The position numbers were made by a program, and so were the translations under genes. The notes below the pieces were generated by a model. The model was not told the DNA's origin. It ran no database searches and saw nothing but the letters and a program-made list of their open reading frames with translations. 64,000 nucleotides of DNA. Origin: Candidatus Saccharimonadia bacterium (lineage in GTDB: Bacteria > Patescibacteriota > Saccharimonadia > UBA4664). The stretch is taken from the NCBI GenBank assembly GCA_041743505.1, contig JBGTMQ010000021.1, positions 64,521-128,520 of the forward strand, given 5' to 3'. Shown here in pieces: positions 28,458 to 36,874 of the stretch. Every line of letters starts with the position of its first letter. The first letter of the stretch is position 1.

Positions 28458-29039
28458 CTATTTAACTTGGACCCGCAGGTACTGAAACGTGCGCTGGCGT
28501 CCATGCCCCAGACGCTTGGCCCAACTAGTGGGATAGTGCTTGAGGTCATGGCCGGAGATTGGTTTTTGCTCGACTAAGTTGAAGCCTATTTTACTTAATT
28601 TGGGGGCAAGCTGCTGATAAAGGTAGGCGTCGTCGAGTTTGGGAAGGTTTCGGTGCTGAATTTCGGCGCTTTCGTAGCTGTCTTGATAGCCAAATAGGAT
28701 ATCGACAAAGGCGCCGGGCTGGCAAATACGGTGAATATTGCTCCATACGACCGGATCAGCGGTGACAATTCCGGATAATAACCCGGCCCAGGGGAAATTG
28801 ATGAATACTTGATTGGCCTGGCCGTTAAGCTCCACGGGTAAATCTTCGATACTGGCCAGCGCAAACAGAACGTTCTCCAGGCCGCCTTTGGCCGACTTGG
28901 CTAGGGCTTTGGCGGACGGCTTAATCATGGCTTTATGGTTGGGATCAAGGCCAATAAAAAGCCGGTCCGGATGCTGTTTGGCCATTTGATACACAAAGTC
29001 ACCGTCTCCGGTGCCAATGTCGACGACTATTCCCGGCAC
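28458..29039 (-). CDS. NpmA/KamB-like 16S rRNA m1A1408 methyltransferase
   Basis: DIGTGDG, IGLDP, KGGLENV.F, E.LP.EL, FPW..LL, YE..EI..R.LP.L, SWAKRL..G..R motifs match NpmA. Confidence 0.85.
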   Translation of the reverse strand: MPGIVVDIGTGDGDFVYQMAKQHPDRLFIGLDPNHKAMIKPSAKALAKSAKGGLENVLFALASIEDLPVELNGQANQVFINFPWAGLLSGIVTADPVVWSNIHRICQPGAFVDILFGYQDSYESAEIQHRNLPKLDDAYLYQQLAPKLSKIGFNLVEQKPISGHDLKHYPTSWAKRLGHGRQRTFQYLRVQVK

Positions 29040-29416
29040 TACGTTTGCCTACCCTTCTTTTGGCCCTTTTTAGCTAGGCTAACTAGGGGGCTTAACGGCA
29101 TATAGTTCTCTTGACCAGTTCGATAGCGTCAGATGACTTAATGGTCTGAGCGGTGATATTTAACTAATATTTTGCCGCGTACTACTTTCATAATGCCATT
29201 ATTTTACTATAAAACTTATGGTTTGGCAATAAACTTTTTACTACTTTCGGCACGCGTCCTACAAACGTGAGACAATGCTGGCAACTAGAAACATGATGGT
29301 ATTTTGCCTGCGTTATGGAGATTGGGTGCTGCGGCTTGGGAGCAACTGCCAGCACCCAATCCTTATTCCAGAGTATTAACGCTCTAGCTAAGATAACCCT
29401 TGGCTAAGAAGGTAGG

Positions 29417-29767
29417 ATGAATGATAAATCCCCTCGGGAAGCTTTAAAGGTGGCTATGGAAAAGCGGATTCTCAATGAATTCGGTTCTAAAATCCTTAAC
29501 GAAGAACGACTGGATAAGGTAGTTCAGTCAAGAAATAGTAAGCGCTTAGGTAGCTACGCCGACATGGCTTTTCATTGCGAATGTGACGATAAAGAGTGCA
29601 ATGAGACGATTTCGATGTCAACGGAAGAATACCAAAGGATGCACAATAAAACCAAGTATTTCATTGTGGTTCCTAGTCATGTTCGTCATGATATCGAGGA
29701 GATTATTAATTCCTTTGGTAACTATGCCTTGGTGGCTAAATATTTTCCGCACCCGAATACGCATTAA
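29417..29767 (+). CDS. Hypothetical protein with FHCEC-x4-C...H putative metal site
   Basis: AGGTAGG RBS; CECDDKEC and VPSH motifs. Confidence 0.6.
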   Translation: MNDKSPREALKVAMEKRILNEFGSKILNEERLDKVVQSRNSKRLGSYADMAFHCECDDKECNETISMSTEEYQRMHNKTKYFIVVPSHVRHDIEEIINSFGNYALVAKYFPHPNTH

Positions 29768-30236
29768 CAATATAATCCAGCACTTCCGGGAATTCCTGGC
29801 GCTCGATAAAATGTTTGGCGCCAGGGATTTTGTGGACTTCGGGTTGTAGGTGTCCGGAAACATACTCGAAATCGGCTTGCGGGATGTACGGGTCGTCGTC
29901 GCCATAGAACAAGCCGCTTTGTTTTTCGAGTTCGTCACCGAGTTCGGTGTGGTAGGGCGAGATGAGGACCGAGCCCTTGATGTGGTGGGTTTCGGCATAA
30001 CACATAGCGGCTATAGCGCCTGATGACCAGCCGACAATGACGTCGTTCTGGCCGATCTTAAAGAAGTCTTGCATGAAGGGTAGCCAATATTCGGCCCGGG
30101 CAATGATGGAATCGGGCATAGTTTCGAAGACGGTTTCAAAGCCGTATTGGTCTAGTTCGTGCTTGAGCCAAGGCGTCCAGGCAAAGCGCCAGTTGGTGGC
30201 TTGGTTGCCATGGATAAAAATGATGCGTGGCTTCAT
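29736..30236 (-). CDS. RBBP9/YdeN-family alpha/beta hydrolase, possibly internally deleted
   Basis: IFIHGN, GWSSG, DDPY, KHF catalytic motifs; short length. Confidence 0.8.
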   Translation of the reverse strand: MKPRIIFIHGNQATNWRFAWTPWLKHELDQYGFETVFETMPDSIIARAEYWLPFMQDFFKIGQNDVIVGWSSGAIAAMCYAETHHIKGSVLISPYHTELGDELEKQSGLFYGDDDPYIPQADFEYVSGHLQPEVHKIPGAKHFIERQEFPEVLDYIVNAYSGAENI

Positions 30237-30313
30237 AGGTGTAGTGTATCAAATGCCCGGCAATAAGAGCCCCTTACCGCAAGGTCATTTGTGCACGCGG
30301 TAAGGGGTGGTTG

Positions 30314-30946
30314 TTATAGCTGGCGGGCCATGATGACGCGGCCGCCGGCATCATGGTACTGGGCGATGGTTTTATAGCCGGCTTGGCCGAACCAGTGGTA
30401 GGCCACGCTTGGTGGGCTCGACATAGTCCTGAGCATGACAACGCTGTAGCCGAGATGAGCATAGCCTTGCAGCCACGCATGGTAGAGCTGTTTGGCTATT
30501 CCAAGCCTTCGGAACCGCCGAATAACACCTATGTCGTCCAGATAGACTACGCTGGGCGTTTGCTTGGAGCTTTGGAGTGCTGCGCTGATGCCACCCAGAC
30601 CAAGGTGGGTGTCGGCTTGGCCGGGTTCTAGCGGGTAGCCCCAGCAAAAGCCGACGACTTCCCCGCTTTCGAGGGCTAGTTGGCATGACGCTCCGGGCAT
30701 GGCCAGCTCGCGGACCAGATCGTTTTTGACTTGTTCGGCAGGCCAAAACTCTTCAACTGGGCGGTTGCAATGCGTGAAGTTGAGGCTTTTAAGCTGATAC
30801 CCCTGGTGCTTCCCCCACTGCTCGCCGCAGACAACGCAACGGCGCCACTCATTCCATGGCTTATCCGCAAATACCTCCTGGTAACACGCGATTAGGCCGG
30901 GTAGCGTATTCGAATCAGCTTCCGGGTTGAAGCTTTGATATCTCAT
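30314..30946 (-). CDS. GNAT acetyltransferase
   Basis: YLDDIGVIRRFRRLGIA motif A; F...PW.E N-terminus with an inserted CxxC. Confidence 0.8.
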   Translation of the reverse strand: MRYQSFNPEADSNTLPGLIACYQEVFADKPWNEWRRCVVCGEQWGKHQGYQLKSLNFTHCNRPVEEFWPAEQVKNDLVRELAMPGASCQLALESGEVVGFCWGYPLEPGQADTHLGLGGISAALQSSKQTPSVVYLDDIGVIRRFRRLGIAKQLYHAWLQGYAHLGYSVVMLRTMSSPPSVAYHWFGQAGYKTIAQYHDAGGRVIMARQL

Positions 30947-31018
30947 GGTACCGCTCCGATCTGCCTAGACGGTAGGACTGCTACTGGCAACCGGTTTGAG
31001 CCAGTAGCACGCTACCGT

Positions 31019-32155
31019 CTAGGCCTGGCAGTAGTGTTGGATGATGCGGGTGTACATATCCATGAGCGTTTTGAGAGAGGCGATGTCCACCCATTCATCG
31101 ACGGCGTGCGGGTTCGCGCCTTTGGGGCCAAGATTGGCTACGGGAACTCCCCAGGCCTCCTGAATTAACTGGCCGTCGCCGTAGCCTTTGGTGGCAGCAT
31201 TGAGGTAAGTGGCGCCCGTTATGGCTTCGATTGCTGTTAGCTCTTGAGGGTCGGTATAGAGTGCCCCTAAATCGTGACGCACCTCCACTTTGAGCAGCTC
31301 TAGCCCGGCAGCTGCTATGAGTTTTTCGAGCCGGCTGACAACGGCGCCGGCCCGGAGCTCAGGCTTGGTTGGCCGGATGTCGAGGATGGCCTCGGCGTAG
31401 TCGGCTATGTTGTTGCCGTCTTTGCCAAGCACCACTTCGCCCTGGTCTTCGCCCCGCTTTAGCCCGCCGCGCAAGTAGGCCACATTGAGCGAAGAAGATC
31501 CAAGGCTGGGTGTGCGGGCCGCCTTCAGCCAATCATGTAATTGGGATAAAACTAGTTGCAGGCCGGTAATGGCGTTTACCCCGGCGGCAGGGTTGGCGGC
31601 ATGGCCGGTGATACCCTTGAGTGCCAGATGGAGCTCGATGAGGCCGCGGTGCGTATTCCATATTTGTAGGTTGCTTGGCTCGGCGGTGAGTACTAGCTTG
31701 GGGTATGGCGGCTTTTCCTGCTTGATAAACGTTTTCATACCACTAAATCCAAATTCTTCGTCGCAGTAGAACAGCAAGGTTAAGCCGGAAGGTTCGGGGA
31801 TTTGATTTAGGGCGCTCAGAACGGCGGCTATTCCGCCTTTCATGTCGTAGGTTCCGAGGCCATACAGCCGGGAACCTTCGATGGCGCCTTTGAACTGATC
31901 GTGGGTCCAGCCTTCCTTGGGGACGACAGTATCCATGTGACCGGCTAGCAATAACTTTGGCTCACCAGCGGTCCGGGCAATGACATTGAATCTGCCGGGG
32001 GCAATGACTTGTTTGGTAACCGTGAGATAGCTAAATTGCTGCAAATAGTTGAATATATACTCCCCCACCCCGGCCTCTTGCTCGTAACTAGGCAGTTTAA
32101 CCAGGTCACGAGTAATGGTGACGGGGTCTAGGCGTTTGGTGACATTTGTGGCCAT
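31019..32155 (-). CDS. M20 metallopeptidase/deacylase (ArgE/DapE-like)
   Basis: GHMDTV, G..DMKGG, DEE, AEP, GHAA, HAVDEW; GGAG RBS. Confidence 0.9.
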   Translation of the reverse strand: MATNVTKRLDPVTITRDLVKLPSYEQEAGVGEYIFNYLQQFSYLTVTKQVIAPGRFNVIARTAGEPKLLLAGHMDTVVPKEGWTHDQFKGAIEGSRLYGLGTYDMKGGIAAVLSALNQIPEPSGLTLLFYCDEEFGFSGMKTFIKQEKPPYPKLVLTAEPSNLQIWNTHRGLIELHLALKGITGHAANPAAGVNAITGLQLVLSQLHDWLKAARTPSLGSSSLNVAYLRGGLKRGEDQGEVVLGKDGNNIADYAEAILDIRPTKPELRAGAVVSRLEKLIAAAGLELLKVEVRHDLGALYTDPQELTAIEAITGATYLNAATKGYGDGQLIQEAWGVPVANLGPKGANPHAVDEWVDIASLKTLMDMYTRIIQHYCQA

Positions 32156-32169
32156 GGTATTTCTCCAAT

Positions 32170-32395
32170 TAAAAAACTCGTTCCTCGAACGCATGATCGT
32201 GAAATCATGTATCCAAGGAACGAGAGGCATATAAAAAGGACCTCCCGCGGTCCCATCCTTGTTCCCAATCAATCTCTTGACTGGGCTCTCAGGCCGGCTC
32301 CGCTACTGCGACATCGGCTGCTAGATTTTACGGTTTAGCTTCCGTAGTGCATTTTGGCACTCAGCTCGCGGATCGTGACTCCGCTATAGCGCTTT
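32170..32395 (-). ncRNA. T-box riboswitch (transcriptional) with ultrashort stem I
   Basis: AACAAGGATGGGACCGCG T-box; antiterminator AAGGA/TCCTT plus GCG/CGT; competing terminator CTCGTTCCTTG...CGAGGAACGAG-TTTTTT. Confidence 0.85.
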
Positions 32396-32418
32396 ATAGA
32401 TATTTAGTTGTATTGAGT

Positions 32419-32447
32419 AACATAACAGGTATTGAAATATTTGTCAA
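32419..32447 (-). promoter_or_regulatory. Sigma70 promoter of the T-box leader
   Basis: TTGACA-N17-TATGTT. Confidence 0.75.
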
Positions 32448-32600
32448 TGGCGTAATCAGTTTTACTTCCCTTTCCGGCTATCTTACGGTTAACTTGTTAT
32501 CCTTGAGAAATGATCATAAGATTTAGCGATACATGATCCGGAGCTGAAAAACCCGTCAACCACGTGGCTGACGGGCTGTTTTGATGCGATGTGTCCGGCA

Positions 32601-32993
32601 CTAAGATGTGGCCAAGCTGCCATCGTATAAGAAGCTGCCGAACTTAACCCCGGCTTTCTCGCAGGCCAGCTGTAGTCGCGGTAGGGCGTCCTGAGTGGTT
32701 AGCACGACCGCGTCCGGCACGTCATGGCGGAGCATTAGGGCGAGTCCTTCTTCATCATCGCTCTGATCGACACCGCTATCAAGTAGGCGCTGCGAACCGT
32801 TTCGGACACTGATATACCAGCGGGGTGTGTCGTCGTCTCCGACCGCCCGGGGTTGCCCTTTGAGAAGTAAGGTACCCACGTTGTTGGTGAACCTGGCCTC
32901 ATCTGGAGCTTCGGACTTGATGATGAACCACCAGGTCGTGGCTGGGCGTTCCTCGACCTCGGTAGCTGCGACAGCAAATACCTGGGTAGCCAT
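32601..32993 (-). CDS. Hypothetical protein
   Basis: Coupled (TAATG) to the upstream ORF. Confidence 0.6.
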   Translation of the reverse strand: MATQVFAVAATEVEERPATTWWFIIKSEAPDEARFTNNVGTLLLKGQPRAVGDDDTPRWYISVRNGSQRLLDSGVDQSDDEEGLALMLRHDVPDAVVLTTQDALPRLQLACEKAGVKFGSFLYDGSLATS

Positions 32994-33418
32994 TACTTGC
33001 CTTTCGTCTGTTGTCCTGCGGCAGGAGGCTGGATGGATAGGCTCTTTACTACATTGCGCCGGTTTTGGATGGCGCGGACCGTCCGGCCAAGTTGTACGGC
33101 TAGAACCCGGTCGGTTGGCCGGTTTGAAGCCGTAATGGCACGGTCTTCAGCCTGGCCCCACGACTGGTACTCGTTGTGCTTGGGTCCTTCGCCGGTGTCA
33201 TAGTGACGGTTCTTGTCCCGGCGTCTTCTGTCGGGATGGTTTTTTCGCCACCGTTTGTTGACCTGGTAGGCGGTACCCGGGTTTCGCAACCGGTATCTGC
33301 GACCGGTTATCGCTTGTGGGGATCTTTGAAGTTCCCGGCTCAGTTCTTGGGCGGACTTCGTGGATGATAAGACGAGCTGGTCTTCTTCGGGTGTCCAGGC
33401 CGTTCCCGGCTTCCCCAT
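32993..33418 (-). CDS. Myb/SANT-like HTH repeat protein
   Basis: WTPEEDQLV...LQRSPQAI..RR and WGQAED..I...LGRTVRAIQNRR; GGAGG RBS. Confidence 0.65.
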   Translation of the reverse strand: MGKPGTAWTPEEDQLVLSSTKSAQELSRELQRSPQAITGRRYRLRNPGTAYQVNKRWRKNHPDRRRRDKNRHYDTGEGPKHNEYQSWGQAEDRAITASNRPTDRVLAVQLGRTVRAIQNRRNVVKSLSIQPPAAGQQTKGK

Positions 33419-33577
33419 CACACCTCCCAGGGCAAAGGAATGAAAGAACGCTTTCAAAGAGCAGTCATAGTGTGCCATAACATGGGGTATATGTAAATAA
33501 GCAATAGGGCTTCACAAGCAAAGCGCCCGCCGACCGCAAAGGCCGGGGGCGCTCTGGGTCAGCGGGCGGTCCCCGGA

Positions 33578-34186
33578 TTAGATTCCGAGGATGTCTGAAA
33601 TTTCTTCTACGAGGCCAGAGCTTGCTCCTCCGGTGTAGCGGTCATTAAAGAGCTGCTCCAGGCGATACTTCCGATCAGCCACTGGCCCTTCGATTGGGTG
33701 GGGTTTGGTAATGCCGGGGATGGCCCGAACGAGGCGGCACTGGATCAGGCTGAGCGAAGTACTATCGCCGGGCATCTCACAGGCCTGAGTCAACAGCTCG
33801 ATGAGCTGGAGGCGGGTCAGAGGCATGTACTCTGGTCTTTCTGATGCTCGTAAGGCCAGATGCGTGAAGTAGGATTGGGCCCACTTCTCAGCCCGGTGGA
33901 GTATGGCCCGTAGCGTGGCGCCTGTGGGGCGGACAACGATACCGCAGCATTCGCAGACTCCGTCTACCTGGCGGCCGCCGTTGCGGCTGTGCTGGAGCGT
34001 ATCCTGCAGGATACGCAAATCGGTTATCCCGAGATCGCCAACGACGAACTCACTGAGCGTAACGATATTGCTGCATCCTGTGGGGCAGTTAACCTTGCCC
34101 TTAGCATGAATCTCCTCGCCGTGGAACACACCGAGGGAACATTTGCGCTCGAAATGAACGCGCATAAGCCTCTGTCGAGAACTCAT
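33578..34186 (-). CDS. Hypothetical Cys/His-rich protein
   Basis: C..H, CPTGC, CECC clusters; TTGACT-N17-TATAAT promoter at 34276-34248. Confidence 0.55.
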   Translation of the reverse strand: MSSRQRLMRVHFERKCSLGVFHGEEIHAKGKVNCPTGCSNIVTLSEFVVGDLGITDLRILQDTLQHSRNGGRQVDGVCECCGIVVRPTGATLRAILHRAEKWAQSYFTHLALRASERPEYMPLTRLQLIELLTQACEMPGDSTSLSLIQCRLVRAIPGITKPHPIEGPVADRKYRLEQLFNDRYTGGASSGLVEEISDILGI

Positions 34187-34329
34187 AATGGTTACCACCT
34201 TTCCAGATGGTAGAGGGTACACCTCAAGTATCCAGGAGGATTATTTAATTATAACATTTTTGTGTTTTATAGTCAAATGTTTCGCTGGCTTTTGTGTGAG
34301 GAGCGACAGGGCCGGGATAATCTATTACC

Positions 34330-34869
34330 ATGAGTGGTATGAAGAAAATTGTTGTAGCATCGAAGAATCCCGCGAAACTACAGGCAGCTATGGTTGGCTT
34401 TGAGCGGATGTTTCCGGATGAAGAGTTCGTGGTTGAAGGTGCTGCGGGTGACTCTGGCGTGAGTGACCAGCCTGTTAGTGACGCCGAGACCTGTCAAGGT
34501 GCTTATAACCGGGTGGTTAACGCCAGGAAAGCAGTGCCCGAGGCGGATTATTGGGTAGGTTTAGAAGGCGGGATTGAGGCGCAAGAAGCCGAGATGAAGG
34601 CGTATGCCTGGGTGGTAGTGCAATCGAGGAGTGGCCAGACAGGCAAAGGGAAGACCGGCGTTTATTTTTTACCGTCCAAAGTTGCCAAGCTTGTGCGAGA
34701 CGGCGAAGAGCTTGGCACAGCCAATGATATGGTGTTTGGTACGAGTAATTCGAAACATACGAGCGGGGCGGTCGGTTTATTGACTCATGAGCTTATTGAT
34801 AGGGCGGGATATTATGCCGAGGCCGTAATATTTGCTTTGATACCTTTTAAAAACCCAACGCTGTACTAG
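34330..34869 (+). CDS. yjjX: Non-canonical purine NTP (ITP/XTP) phosphatase
   Basis: ASKNPAK, SGVSDQP, GAYNR, VGLEGG, ELG, GAVG.LT motifs. Confidence 0.92.
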   Translation: MSGMKKIVVASKNPAKLQAAMVGFERMFPDEEFVVEGAAGDSGVSDQPVSDAETCQGAYNRVVNARKAVPEADYWVGLEGGIEAQEAEMKAYAWVVVQSRSGQTGKGKTGVYFLPSKVAKLVRDGEELGTANDMVFGTSNSKHTSGAVGLLTHELIDRAGYYAEAVIFALIPFKNPTLY

Positions 34870-34940
34870 AAGCATGAAAAAATGATCCTCAGCTCCGGGG
34901 TGGGTTCCGGGGCTGAGGAGTGTGCCGGCCGACTGGACAC

Positions 34941-35690
34941 TTAGGGCATGGCAGCAATGCTAGCAACGATCCTATCGAGGTTCTGGCTGGGATTGCCGAG
35001 CGTGATGGGCCGGCCAATCACCAGCCGCGTGGCTCCGGCTGCCAAGGTGGCTTCAGGAGTGTCTGTCCTGGCCTGGTCATCAGGGCGGAAACCAATCGGG
35101 CGGATACCTGGCGTGATGAGGTCAAGCGTGTCGAAACGCCTGTCTGACCGGATTGCGTCAACTTCGGCCGGCGAGCAAATCAAATCCGTGAAGCCGAATT
35201 TGAGCAGCATTTCGGCATAGTAGAGCGTCTGCTTGGCGGTGTTGCGGTCGTTGAACTCGTCGCGGACAATGCGCGCCGCCTTGCTGGTCAATACGGTGAC
35301 GCCACAGGGCTTTGTACCGGCTTCATGGCAAGCATCAGCGAACCGCTTGAGGCAGTCGATCTTGACGGGGTCATCATTGGTCACAAAACCGGTGGACAGT
35401 GCTCCGGCCATGCAGCTGAGCATAAACGGCCGGTGTGCCAGGTGCCTTTGGGTAATTTCGGCGACCTTGGATGGAACTTCGATGATTTTCGCGTCGTCGA
35501 ATACCAGCAGCCCGCGTTCGTTCAGCCGGTCGACGATGCCCAGGCCGGTCTCGGTGACGAATAGGCTGTCGATCTTGACTATGCGCAGGTCAGGCATGCT
35601 GTCGAGGTGGTCCATCAGCGCCGCTTCGTCTGTAACATCGGCGCTCCAAATAACGCGCTCGATGGGTTGGATGGATTGGATGGTAGTCAT
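34941..35690 (-). CDS. pyrF: OMP decarboxylase-like protein with variant active site
   Basis: SAD, VKI, DAKIIEVP, VTVLTS, TPGIR, DDQAR, LVIGRPI. Confidence 0.8.
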   Translation of the reverse strand: MTTIQSIQPIERVIWSADVTDEAALMDHLDSMPDLRIVKIDSLFVTETGLGIVDRLNERGLLVFDDAKIIEVPSKVAEITQRHLAHRPFMLSCMAGALSTGFVTNDDPVKIDCLKRFADACHEAGTKPCGVTVLTSKAARIVRDEFNDRNTAKQTLYYAEMLLKFGFTDLICSPAEVDAIRSDRRFDTLDLITPGIRPIGFRPDDQARTDTPEATLAAGATRLVIGRPITLGNPSQNLDRIVASIAAMP

Positions 35691-35891
35691 GTCCGTTCCT
35701 CCTTGCAAACCAGATACGGTCATATTTTAAGGTCCGTTTATCTAGGATACTGATTGTTTTGATCCTCGGCAAACGACAAATGCGTTAAACAACCTAAAAT
35801 CTCGATCGGTTGATCCAGAACTTGGGTTGATGCCCGGCCCCCGTGAAGGGGCCGGGCGCTGCTTGAGCCTCGTGGTGAGGCGTTAGCAGAG

Positions 35892-36782
35892 TTAGACGAG
35901 CTCGTCGTCGTCGGTAACGGCGGCAGTCGTGACGACGGCCGAGACGTTACGAGCGGCACTGACGCGACTCATAACCGCCATGAGGCGGCGGAACCGGCTG
36001 GCCTGCTCCTTAGGCGTTTCGCCGGGCTTGCGAGCGAAGGCCTGGACCTGCTCGCCGTCGATGCCCAGACCGTTGATGGCGTACTTCTCCAGTTCGGAGA
36101 GTTCGTTCGGCCGGTGACGCTTGACCGACAGGCCCCACTCGGTCTCAAAGTAGAAGAACACGTAGCGTACGCGAGTCTTGTCGCGTCCGGTGATGATCTG
36201 CCTGACGCCACTTGGGTCGGTTGGAGCGCCATTGTTGGCACCATCCGATAGGATCACGATATCGACGTCAACGTCCATACCGATTTCTGCCTGGAGGTCA
36301 CCCGCATAGCGAAATGCCTGTGCGGAGCCCTCCGTGATGGCCCGGTGCAAATCGGTACCATTGCCCCAAGCCGGGTTGTAGTCTCCGGTAGTGATCTGGG
36401 GGAGCTGGTCGAACGGGTGGAAGTAAGACTCGTTGCCATCGGCATCGGTTCCCTTCCAGATTGGCACGGGTGAGCCGCTACTGAAGGCAACGCCACCAAC
36501 GCGCAAGGCGCTGATGTCGTCCTCGCGCGCTGCGGTGACGGCGGGCACGAAGTCCTCGTTAAACCCATTGCGCAATGCAGCGGCGACCGGGTCCATCGAC
36601 GGCGAAGCGTCGAGGATGAAGTACACGACACGCATGCCGCCGCCCGACATCATTTCGTCGGTGGTGAGGGCAGTGCCCTGGACAATCGGTGCTGCGATTT
36701 GAAATGCTGCGTGTACGACTGCATCTGAGGCATCGGGGTCCTGGAAAAACGAAGCAATCTCGGGGCTAACTGAACTGGCCAT
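35892..36782 (-). CDS. vWA-domain protein (TerY-like)
   Basis: MIDAS FILDASPSM, GTDL, ILSDG. Confidence 0.85.
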   Translation of the reverse strand: MASSVSPEIASFFQDPDASDAVVHAAFQIAAPIVQGTALTTDEMMSGGGMRVVYFILDASPSMDPVAAALRNGFNEDFVPAVTAAREDDISALRVGGVAFSSGSPVPIWKGTDADGNESYFHPFDQLPQITTGDYNPAWGNGTDLHRAITEGSAQAFRYAGDLQAEIGMDVDVDIVILSDGANNGAPTDPSGVRQIITGRDKTRVRYVFFYFETEWGLSVKRHRPNELSELEKYAINGLGIDGEQVQAFARKPGETPKEQASRFRRLMAVMSRVSAARNVSAVVTTAAVTDDDELV

Positions 36783-36874
36783 TTGAAGCACTCCCTTGCT
36801 TTTGGGGTGGGTTTTCGGGGGTAGGGAGCCTGCCTGCGGCCGGGCTGGCCGCAGGCAGGCTAGTCAACAACGAG

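Noticed and set aside
29320-29362. Long hairpin upstream of the 29417 ORF as a riboswitch
   Set aside because: No recognisable aptamer consensus; it could be a simple terminator or leader stem.
21631-33553. Bulged hairpins as integron attC sites
   Set aside because: They are too short, lack proper RYYYAAC/GTTRRRY boxes, and no integron integrase is in the window.
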